From the NCBI GenBank assembly GCA_045593065.1, contig JAZNVZ010000007.1:89724-153723 (forward strand): 64,000 nt of DNA. The letters are read 5' to 3'. The notes below the pieces were generated by a model. The model saw only the letters and a program-made list of their open reading frames with translations, was not told the DNA's origin and searched no databases. Shown here in pieces: positions 29,101-36,134 of the stretch (positions are counted from its first letter, which is position 1; every line of letters begins with the position of its first letter). The DNA comes from Candidatus Enterousia sp. (GTDB lineage: Bacteria > Pseudomonadota > Alphaproteobacteria > Rs-D84). A program made the translations under genes and the position numbers.

Positions 29101-30280
29101 GTTCGCCTGGTCTAATAACATTATAAATTTCAATCAATGCATCATCGCGCGTTGTAATTTTATCGGCAGCCAAAGTATTGCGCATGTGTGCAGTAATTGT
29201 TGTGTTATCAATCGCGATTAATGAAATCTTTTTAACACCCATTTTGTCTAAATCAGACAAAATTTCTTCGGTGATTTCTGTACCCGCAGGATATACAACA
29301 TCACCCGCAGATGTAATTGGTTCAAATAAATATTCGCCAATCAAAGATTCCGGTTTAATACCAAACTGTTTTGCAGATGCCGCCAATTTAGCATATTTTT
29401 TAGCGGACAATCTGTCGCCTTTGTTTGCTAATTCTTTGTCGCCTTTGACAGATAACAAATCATAATTCAAACGATATTTATCTAAACCTTCAAAACTGGA
29501 TGTGTCGCCGACCCAAACCTTGCCATCAAAAGACAATGGAATAGATTTATAGAACGCAGACAAAATTTCTGTATCAGACATTCCACGAATGTTTGCCTTG
29601 CGTGGGTCCGCAGCCCATTTCTTTTCGTCTTCGGCGCATGGCAAGCAACGCAACAATACTGTGGCTGGAATCTTGCGGCGGCGATCGATACGAACATAAA
29701 TAACGCCCTTGGATTCTTCAAAATCAATCCAAGAACCGTGTTCTGGGATGATACGCGCAGTGTATGTTGTTGGATTTCCTGCGACCTTGGCCTCTTTGGT
29801 TGTTGCAAAAACGACACCTTGGGCACGATGCATTTGCGAAACAATAACACGTTCCACACCCGCAGCGATAAAACTACCACGTTCTGTCATTAATGGTACT
29901 TCGCCCATAAATATTTCTTGATCTTTGATATCACGCAATGTTTTTTTGCCGTCTTCGGCGATATCCCACAAAACCAATCTCAGTTTTAATTTTAATCTGC
30001 GAGAATATGTTAAATTGCGCAACATACATTCTTTTACGTTATATACAGGTTTTTCCAGTGTATATTCAACAAATTCCAAGTCCGCGATTCCGGCATAATC
30101 TTTGATTGGAAACATAGATTTGAAAACGGCCTGCAACCCTTTGTTTTCGCGATTTTGCGGTTCGACATCGGCCTGCAAAAAATCTTTGTAAGAGTTGTAT
30201 TGAATTTCAACTAAATCGGGAAGTGGAGTTTGCAAAAAACTTTTGCCAAAAGATTTTCTAAATTTCTGGATGACTGCCAT
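26144..30280 (-). CDS. rpoB: DNA-directed RNA polymerase subunit beta
   Basis: 1378 aa; canonical N-terminus and conserved beta-subunit blocks; located upstream of rpoC. Confidence 0.95.
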   Translation of the reverse strand: MAVIQKFRKSFGKSFLQTPLPDLVEIQYNSYKDFLQADVEPQNRENKGLQAVFKSMFPIKDYAGIADLEFVEYTLEKPVYNVKECMLRNLTYSRRLKLKLRLVLWDIAEDGKKTLRDIKDQEIFMGEVPLMTERGSFIAAGVERVIVSQMHRAQGVVFATTKEAKVAGNPTTYTARIIPEHGSWIDFEESKGVIYVRIDRRRKIPATVLLRCLPCAEDEKKWAADPRKANIRGMSDTEILSAFYKSIPLSFDGKVWVGDTSSFEGLDKYRLNYDLLSVKGDKELANKGDRLSAKKYAKLAASAKQFGIKPESLIGEYLFEPITSAGDVVYPAGTEITEEILSDLDKMGVKKISLIAIDNTTITAHMRNTLAADKITTRDDALIEIYNVIRPGERPTVEAALSLFLRQGFDAAYYDLSAVGRFKMNKRLKIDSGKRPEDERLLTKNDFLAVLKTLTNIIDHKDTIDDIDNLSNRRVRAVGELLEQTFRTGMLRIERLVRESLSSPNIANMQPQDVINVKPLSSLVAEFLGTSQLSQFMDAYNPLAELEHKRRISALGPGGLNRERAGIDVRDVHPTHYGRLCPIHTPEGANIGLINHLASYARVNEYGFITTPYYEVKDGKVTNKIVYLTADEEMGHKIAQGNTPTNADGKLAIDVVTARVDGEFTMVPKDEIDLIDVEPRQVVSIATGLIPFVENDDANRALMGSNMQRQGVPLLRVQAPLVGTGIEREVARDSRTGKVAKHSGVVESVDANRIVVKCMNSRNVVTGVDIYNLEKFERSNSETIIHQKPLVKVGDRVSAGDIIADGSSMNYGELALGRNVLVAFVPWRGYNYEDAIVISERISREDAFTSVKIVEKEFKVRDTQLGPESFTRDIPNVSEEAVKNLDESGIIYVGARVKQGDILVGRVSPKSETLLTPEEALLRNIFGEKALNVKDTSLRVGPNEEGTVIGVNVLTRHGVKKDERTQMIELEKIAKINQDRSEEIAIIEKGFADQIFQLAENETIDGGTGSLKPFVGKKLTNEVFDAIKACDFKKLVVKNKEIQSKIAELCEQHNIKLAALNEKADAEVSKVTESNSLSAGVLKEVKVYIAHKMKLQPGDKMAGRHGNKGIVSRVVPIEDMPYMEDGTPVDIVLNPLGVPSRMNIGQILETHLGMAARSLGQQIGAVLDEVKQKRAVTDDLRNIMGKIYGKDVAEKLEKMTDTDVRAEAALLRDGVPMATPTFDGASPDDIKAMLKLAKLPETGQFTLYDGMTGEKFARPVTVGVMYMMKLHHFVDEKIHARSVGNYSLVTQQPLSGKAHMGGQRLGEMEVWALEAHGAAHLLREMLTVKSDDIVGRNKMYEAIISGSNDIQTGTPEAFNVFVRELRGLGLAMTPKKVD

Positions 30281-30348
30281 GGGTATAAATCCTTTTTTTC
30301 TGTGCGTTTTGCAAACAAAACTGTTTGTATCTTGTTTTTCGCCCTAAA

Positions 30349-30374
30349 CCCACCAGAATATTCATCCTGGTGGG
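30349..30374 (-). promoter_or_regulatory. stem-loop in rplL-rpoB spacer (attenuator/processing-site candidate)
   Basis: CCCACCAG-N9-CCTGGTGGG 8-9 bp inverted repeat with no T-run. This is the position of the known rplL-rpoB attenuator in other bacteria. Confidence 0.3.
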
Positions 30375-30421
30375 CATGGACTGGTAATCGCAAATCCGTG
30401 CGATTAGCGGTTTTGTAAAAA

Positions 30422-30787
30422 TTATTTCATTTCTACTTTTGCGCCAGCGGCTTCCAAAGTTGCTTTCATTTTTTCAGCATCTTCTTTGGCAACGCCTTCT
30501 TTGACGGCCTTTGGTGCAGATTCAACCAAAGCTTTTGCTTCGCCTAAACCCAAACCTGTAATGTCTTTCACTGCCTTGATAACAGCCAATTTGTTTGCAC
30601 CGGCATCAGCCAACACAACATCAAATTCTGTTTTTTCTTCAGCAGCCGCCGCCGCAGGACCCGCAGCAACAGCAACCGCAGCAGCAGCACTGACGCCCCA
30701 TGTTTCTTCTAATGCTTTGGATAATTCAACAGCTTCCAAAACAGTCAATTTTGACAATTCTTCAACTAATTTTTGAATGTCTGCCAT
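30422..30787 (-). CDS. rplL: 50S ribosomal protein L7/L12
   Basis: [22 protein letters not shown], Ala-rich hinge, C-terminal domain. Confidence 0.9.
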   Translation of the reverse strand: MADIQKLVEELSKLTVLEAVELSKALEETWGVSAAAAVAVAAGPAAAAAEEKTEFDVVLADAGANKLAVIKAVKDITGLGLGEAKALVESAPKAVKEGVAKEDAEKMKATLEAAGAKVEMK

Positions 30788-30814
30788 TTTTTTACTCCTT
30801 ACTTGAGTTTTATT

Positions 30815-31294
30815 TTAATTTTGTTTTTTTCCATACTCTGCTGAAACACGCGCCAAACGCGATGCAGGTTCGACCAAAATACGCGCGATTGTACCACGAA
30901 TTTCCAACAGGGAAGGAAGCTTGGATAATTGCACAATGTCATCTACTGCCAATACATCTGCATCCATTTTGCCGCCAACGATTGAAAAGTTTGGATGTTC
31001 ATCAGCAAACTTGGCCAATACTTTGGTAACCGCCAACGCGTCTGTTGCAATCGCAACCGCAGTTGGACGTTTCATCATGTCGGATACAGGTGCGAAATCG
31101 GTATCTTTTAATGCCAATTTCATCAAACGGTTTTTGACAACTTTGAACAATGAAACCAATGGACGTAATTCATTACGCAATGTTTCCATTTCTTGCACTG
31201 TCAAACCATGGTTTTCAATAACGAAAACACCGTTCGCAGATTTCAAGGATGACTGCAACGCTGAAATCAAATTTGATTTTTCTTCGCGTCTCAT
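30815..31294 (-). CDS. rplJ: 50S ribosomal protein L10
   Basis: 159 aa with an L10 pattern, lying between rplA and rplL. Confidence 0.9.
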   Translation of the reverse strand: MRREEKSNLISALQSSLKSANGVFVIENHGLTVQEMETLRNELRPLVSLFKVVKNRLMKLALKDTDFAPVSDMMKRPTAVAIATDALAVTKVLAKFADEHPNFSIVGGKMDADVLAVDDIVQLSKLPSLLEIRGTIARILVEPASRLARVSAEYGKKQN

Positions 31295-31502
31295 CTATCT
31301 ACCCTTACTTCTTCTTTTGTTTAACTTATCCATCCATGTTGCCATGGGTGGGGCTCTTTACTTCCTGCCCCAAAGAATTTTCTTTGTCTATGATGGAAAT
31401 TAAGTGTTGCCACACCATCAGTCATGGACAGAAATCTTGTTATCAAAGTTCAAAGTGCAAAGTCCAAAGTTCAAACTTTGCACATATAAACCTTGAAAAA
31501 TA
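31295..31502 (-). promoter_or_regulatory. rplJ leader region (candidate L10 autoregulatory leader / rplA terminator hairpin)
   Basis: 208-nt spacer between rplA and rplJ containing a GTGCAAAGT...ACTTTGCAC 9-bp inverted repeat and repeated CAAAGT motifs. Confidence 0.3.
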
Positions 31503-32177
31503 TTATTTTGCTTCAACCTTTAAGCCCGGGCCTTGGGTTGTTGCAACACTGCACCCCAAGATATATTGACCCTTGGACGATGCAGGTTTAACCTTTTTCA
31601 ACTGATCAATCAATGCATTTGCATTTTCAACCAATTTGTCTGTTGTAAAAGACATTTTGCCAATACCTGCGTGAATAATACCATTTTTATCCGCACGATA
31701 TTCAATTTGTCCTGCCTTGGCTGTTTTGACTGCTTCGGCAACATTTGTTGTAACCGTACCCAATTTTGGATTTGGCATCAAACCCTTGGGACCCAACACA
31801 CGCGCAACCTTGGACATTTTTGGCATCATATCAGGTGTCGCAATTACACGATCAAAATCAATATTGCCTTCTAAAACTTTGGCAATTAAATCTTCGCCGC
31901 CAACAACATCTGCGCCGGCCTTTTTGGCATCGTCTTGGCTGTTTTCAGTAAACACAGCAACACGGACGGTTTTGCCTGTGCCATTTGGCAAAGACAACAT
32001 ACCACGAATGTTTTGATCGTTTTTAGTAACATCAATACCCAAACGAATTGCGATTTCCAATGTTTCATCAAATTTTGCTGAACAATAAGGACGCAATGCA
32101 TCAATAGCATCAGCAATAGAATAAATTTTTTCTTTATCTAATGCTGTTAAAACTTTTTGTCTTTTTGTCTGTTTCAT
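31503..32177 (-). CDS. rplA: 50S ribosomal protein L1
   Basis: Start chosen at MKQTKRQKV (the track ORF extends 12 codons upstream into rplK). L1 pattern follows. Confidence 0.9.
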   Translation of the reverse strand: MKQTKRQKVLTALDKEKIYSIADAIDALRPYCSAKFDETLEIAIRLGIDVTKNDQNIRGMLSLPNGTGKTVRVAVFTENSQDDAKKAGADVVGGEDLIAKVLEGNIDFDRVIATPDMMPKMSKVARVLGPKGLMPNPKLGTVTTNVAEAVKTAKAGQIEYRADKNGIIHAGIGKMSFTTDKLVENANALIDQLKKVKPASSKGQYILGCSVATTQGPGLKVEAK

Positions 32178-32179
32178 GA

Positions 32180-32611
32180 TTAATCCTCCACCTTGACGCC
32201 CATAGAACGGCACTGACCCGCAACAATGTTCATTGCAGATTCAATGGTAGAGCAATTCAAATCAGGCATTTTGTTTTCAGCAATTTGTTTAACTTGATCA
32301 CGGGTAATGGTTCCAACGAATTCACGACCTGGTTTATGTGATCCTGATTTTAACTTTAATGCATCTTTGATAAAGTATGACACAGGTGGCAATTTCATAA
32401 TAAATTCGAAACTGCGGTCTGTATAAACAGTGATAATACATGGAATTGGCATTCCAGGTTTTTTGTCGGCTGTTTTGTCATTAAATTGTTTGCAGAATTC
32501 GGCGATATTAACACCCGCCGCACCCAAAGCCGGCCCGATTGGTGGCGCTGGGTTTGCTTGCTTTGCAGGGACGACTAATTTTACAATCCCTTTGACTTCT
32601 TTTTTTGCCAT
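32180..32611 (-). CDS. rplK: 50S ribosomal protein L11
   Basis: [30 protein letters not shown]. Confidence 0.9.
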   Translation of the reverse strand: MAKKEVKGIVKLVVPAKQANPAPPIGPALGAAGVNIAEFCKQFNDKTADKKPGMPIPCIITVYTDRSFEFIMKLPPVSYFIKDALKLKSGSHKPGREFVGTITRDQVKQIAENKMPDLNCSTIESAMNIVAGQCRSMGVKVED

Positions 32612-32711
32612 TTTGTTTTACCTCTTTGTTATTTAAAGTAATTTCCGTGGTACGATATGGCCATCTGCCACGGGTTTAACACTTTCGTGTTTTCAGTTTG
32701 GAACACCCAAA

Positions 32712-33245
32712 CTAAACTCTTTCAACCTGACTGAAATCCAGTTCCATTCCTGTTTCACGGCCAAACACCAATACAGTCACATTCATTTTTTGTTTAACAT
32801 TATCAACATCAGAAATAATGCCGTTAAACCCAGAGAAAGGACCATCGATAACATGAACCTCTTGCCCAACCTCATACGTGATATCTTCGGGAACGACAGA
32901 ACCTTCTTCGACCTGTTTCAACAGGCGGCGGGCTTCTTCTTCGCTGACCGGGATTGGTTTATTTTTTGCGCCCAAGAACATAACAACCAACGGCATTAAT
33001 TTGATTAATGAAAATGTTTCATTATTCAAAACCATTTGCACAACGATATATCCTGGGAAAAACTTTTTTTCAGAAACAACGCGTTTGCCACCCTTGATTT
33101 CTGCAACCTCACGCGTGGGGACCAAAATTTCACCAAAATATGCATTCAAACGCCGTTTATCAATCTGTTCCCGTAATTGACGCGCGACCTTGTCTTCGCA
33201 TCCTGTATGAACATTCACAACGAACCATTGCATTTTTTCTTCCAT
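32712..33245 (-). CDS. nusG: transcription termination/antitermination factor NusG
   Basis: NGN domain WFVVNVHTGCEDKV; C-terminal KOW motif; AAAGGA RBS. Confidence 0.85.
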   Translation of the reverse strand: MEEKMQWFVVNVHTGCEDKVARQLREQIDKRRLNAYFGEILVPTREVAEIKGGKRVVSEKKFFPGYIVVQMVLNNETFSLIKLMPLVVMFLGAKNKPIPVSEEEARRLLKQVEEGSVVPEDITYEVGQEVHVIDGPFSGFNGIISDVDNVKQKMNVTVLVFGRETGMELDFSQVERV

Positions 33246-33271
33246 TTTATTACATCCTTTTGGTGTTTTGA

Positions 33272-33451
33272 TTAAAAAATCCAGTTCACAAGCGCGTTCA
33301 AAATACTGTCAACAACAAAGAAAAACAGTGCCGCAAGCCCAGAAACAATCAAAATCATAATAGTAGAACGAATGACCGTTTCGCGCGATGGCCAAACAAT
33401 TTTGAACCATTCTGCCCGCACAGATTTTATATAATCAAATACTTTTTTCAT
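33272..33451 (-). CDS. secE: preprotein translocase subunit SecE
   Basis: Likely start at MKKVFDYIKSVRAEWFKIVWPSRETV; the track ORF extends to 33499. Single C-terminal TM helix. Confidence 0.75.
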   Translation of the reverse strand: MKKVFDYIKSVRAEWFKIVWPSRETVIRSTIMILIVSGLAALFFFVVDSILNALVNWIF

Positions 33452-33529
33452 AAAGCATCCACTCTTTTTCAATGTTATAACCCGATTGTTTTTACGCATG
33501 TTTTTCGGGTCCGGACATCCACAATTTCG

Positions 33530-33603
33530 TGGCAGGGGCTAAAGGAATCGAACCCTTATCCGCGGTTTTGGAGACCGATATTCTACCGTTGAACTAAGCC
33601 CCT
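33530..33603 (-). tRNA. tRNA-Trp (anticodon CCA)
   Basis: The reverse complement folds as AGGGGCT acceptor, GTTC D-stem, CTCCAAA anticodon loop, GGTTCGATTCC T-arm and AGCCCCT-G-CCA. It sits in the canonical position upstream of secE. Confidence 0.85.
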
Positions 33604-33827
33604 ACAAACCCGTTTTATGCGCATAACACAACCGATATTCTGGCACAGGTTAGCACACGCCACATAAAAATCAAGTGAAAAATATTATAAAGATTTAATT
33701 ATTTTTTAGCAAGCAAAATCGTACCACCACGCCCCGGGACAAACACAAAAACACCCGATAAAAATTTATACAAACGATATATAAATTTTATTTTTTGTAA
33801 TTATATGCAAAATTATCACTTTTTTAC

Positions 33828-33857
33828 TTGCGCAACCATTATTATTTTGTCTACAAT
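33828..33857 (+). promoter_or_regulatory. candidate promoter of the virB8-9-10-like operon
   Basis: TTGCGC, 18-nt spacer, TACAAT, about 25 nt upstream of the GGGGAGGA RBS. Confidence 0.25.
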
Positions 33858-33868
33858 CCATTTGATAA

Positions 33869-34567
33869 ATGGGGAGGAAACCTTTGCAAGAACGCATAGA
33901 ACCGCCAATTTTAATGTCTCGATTAATGGCTTTTGTTATGGCAACGGCGGCGGTTGTGCTGGTTGTGTTGTTGATTACATTGGATAAAATGTTTCCATTA
34001 AATCGGCCACAGATATTCTTTTTAACAACCCAGGGTATTAATGACAAAGAAATAACTTTAACACAAATGCCCGAAGATTTAGATGGATATAAACGCCAGT
34101 TTATACGGGAATATATACGATATCGAAATGAAATTATCCCAAATATTTCCATTATGCGGGCCAGATGGGCGCCTACGCCAAATGGAATTATTAAATCTCG
34201 TTCAACTGATGCAATATTTGGTAATTTTGCCGATACTGAAATGGTCGCAATCATTCGTCAGGGCGATTTAGATGAACCGTTAACGATTTCTTGCGATGTT
34301 GAATTTCCTGCAAAAAACGCTGTCGTATCCAAGGTTGGCGAACCAAACACATATGTTGCTAGTTTTGATTATGTTTGCGAATATGGCGATTTGGCACCCC
34401 AGAAATATGTTCAAAAATACCAAATAATTGTAAAATTAGAATCAACAGAAAAAACGGCTATAAAATGGGCTGAACGCATGGAAAACCCATTGGGGTTCCG
34501 TGTGAGTGGATATACAGTGGCAAATGGACAAAGCGACCCTTTGAACTGGACCCAAAACGAAGAATAA
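33869..34567 (+). CDS. virB8: VirB8-like type IV secretion protein (bitopic, NTF2-like periplasmic domain)
   Basis: Size (~225 aa), a single N-proximal TM (LMAFVMATAAVVLVVLLITL), and a C-terminal NPLGFRVSGYTV motif matching the VirB8 NPLGFQVTSYR signature. The start is ambiguous: ATG at 33869, TTG at 33884 after GGAGGA, or ATG at 33914. Confidence 0.6.
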   Translation: MGRKPLQERIEPPILMSRLMAFVMATAAVVLVVLLITLDKMFPLNRPQIFFLTTQGINDKEITLTQMPEDLDGYKRQFIREYIRYRNEIIPNISIMRARWAPTPNGIIKSRSTDAIFGNFADTEMVAIIRQGDLDEPLTISCDVEFPAKNAVVSKVGEPNTYVASFDYVCEYGDLAPQKYVQKYQIIVKLESTEKTAIKWAERMENPLGFRVSGYTVANGQSDPLNWTQNEE

Positions 34568-34589
34568 AAATAAAAAAGGAAGGAAGAAA

Positions 34590-36101
34590 ATGTTAAAAGT
34601 GTTTAAATTTAGCGGTTTGATGTGCGCACTGATGTTTTCTGTGGTAAATATTGCGTTTGGCGCCCAAAAGGCATGGGAAAACCCAAATGCAAACATGACC
34701 GCGGGCAGTGTTAAACCTGGGTATGCACAGTTGGCGTGGGCCCCTGGAACCGTATTGCCATTAAAATTGCGTTCTGGGATGGTAACAATGGTGTCTTTAC
34801 CAAACGGTGAACAAATTGCTGATGCAGTTATTGGCGATACTAGCGCGTTTGACATCAATACTACCCAGGGCGATAGAATTTTATATATTACACCCGCTAG
34901 TGACAATACCGAAAACGACACAAATTTAATTGTGTTGGGACAATCTGGAAATAAATACATATTCTACTTAAAGAGCTCTGGGCTTGAAGATGATGAAATT
35001 GCATATTCCCAGGTTGATGTCGTTTTGGACAATGGCGCATCGTTGGCGGGCGCAAATATTGCATCTGGGGCCAGAACATCTGGGGGCATGAATTCAATAT
35101 TTAGAAAATCTGCATCAACCAGCAGTACCCTTGGCGTTGATGGCGAAGATTATGCCTGGATAAAATCTATGAAAATTGACCCGTCTGAATTTAGATTTGA
35201 TTTGGATATATTTGTTCCAAATCCAGACGATTATGTAATTGCGCCTGAACGCGTATGGCGCGACAAGATATTCACATATATCGATTTCGGCGATAAAGTT
35301 ATCGCGATGACACAACGCCCCGTGGTATCATTGATGGTCGAAGGTGGCGAATCCCCCGTGGGATTTCGTACAGATGGTCAAGACGGACGCTTATTAATTG
35401 TCGAGGCCGTTGGCGATATGGTTTTGCGCAGCGGTCAACGTATTGTTTGCATTAAAAAACGCGAAAAACCTTTCTTGATTGCAGATACGGCATCTGTAAT
35501 GGCATTGGCCGAGGCAAATGTAGCACAAAGTATGATGTCTGGGCAATCGTTGAACAATATTGCGTATAATGCGGATATGTCGGCGGTAAATGCATCTGTG
35601 ATGGATTACAGTGCGACACCAATGTATATGTCCAACACCCCAGATACAACAGGTACTGGTGTATATGTGCCTGCGGGTTATTCTATGACCCCAGATACGC
35701 AAATGTACGGTAATTCCGGGGCATATATGATTCCAACAAAACGCGAAACCGCCGGGTCATATTTGCCACAATCAAATATACCACTGATTACATCTAATCA
35801 ATCAGGGGTTGCAGTTGAATTAGCATCCGATACAAAAATGAAACCGTTGGATGATTATTGGTCTGAATTATTGGTGAAATTCAGTGGCGATGGTGGCAAT
35901 GGGTTGTTGACACCATATCAAAACAAGGTTTTCTTTGCCGTAGATTCCCAAGGTGTTGGGGATTTGGGCGCGACATCAACAACATCTAAATTGTATCGTT
36001 TGCGCATTGGACCAATCGCGGATGTGGATACTGCGCAAACATTGTGCGACAAACTGATGAAATTCCAGGTTTCAGGATGTCGTGTGGTTAGAATTCAGTA
36101 A
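34590..36101 (+). CDS. virB9: VirB9/CagX/TrbG-like protein with extra Ser/Thr/Met-rich region and C-terminal SPOR-like domain
   Basis: Signal peptide. Residues ~190-290 (KIFTYIDFGDKVIAMTQRPVVSLMVEGGESPVGFRTDGQDGRLLIVEAVGDMVLRSGQRIVCIKKR) match the VirB9 C-terminal (CagX-type) domain. The last ~70 aa (LYRLRIGPIADVDTAQTLCDKL...GCRVVRI) resemble a SPOR domain. Confidence 0.6.
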   Translation: MLKVFKFSGLMCALMFSVVNIAFGAQKAWENPNANMTAGSVKPGYAQLAWAPGTVLPLKLRSGMVTMVSLPNGEQIADAVIGDTSAFDINTTQGDRILYITPASDNTENDTNLIVLGQSGNKYIFYLKSSGLEDDEIAYSQVDVVLDNGASLAGANIASGARTSGGMNSIFRKSASTSSTLGVDGEDYAWIKSMKIDPSEFRFDLDIFVPNPDDYVIAPERVWRDKIFTYIDFGDKVIAMTQRPVVSLMVEGGESPVGFRTDGQDGRLLIVEAVGDMVLRSGQRIVCIKKREKPFLIADTASVMALAEANVAQSMMSGQSLNNIAYNADMSAVNASVMDYSATPMYMSNTPDTTGTGVYVPAGYSMTPDTQMYGNSGAYMIPTKRETAGSYLPQSNIPLITSNQSGVAVELASDTKMKPLDDYWSELLVKFSGDGGNGLLTPYQNKVFFAVDSQGVGDLGATSTTSKLYRLRIGPIADVDTAQTLCDKLMKFQVSGCRVVRIQ

Positions 36102-36134
36102 TATGTTATAAACAAAAACAATGGGTAAAGTGTT

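Noticed and set aside
22000-30200. Dozens of 60-280 aa ORFs on the plus strand across rpoC and rpoB
   Set aside because: All are antisense to two long, highly conserved genes. They are typical frame-shadow ORFs.
33766-34254. 162-aa minus-strand ORF overlapping the virB8-like gene
   Set aside because: It is antisense to a gene that has a recognisable family motif and an RBS, and the ORF itself shows no motif of its own.
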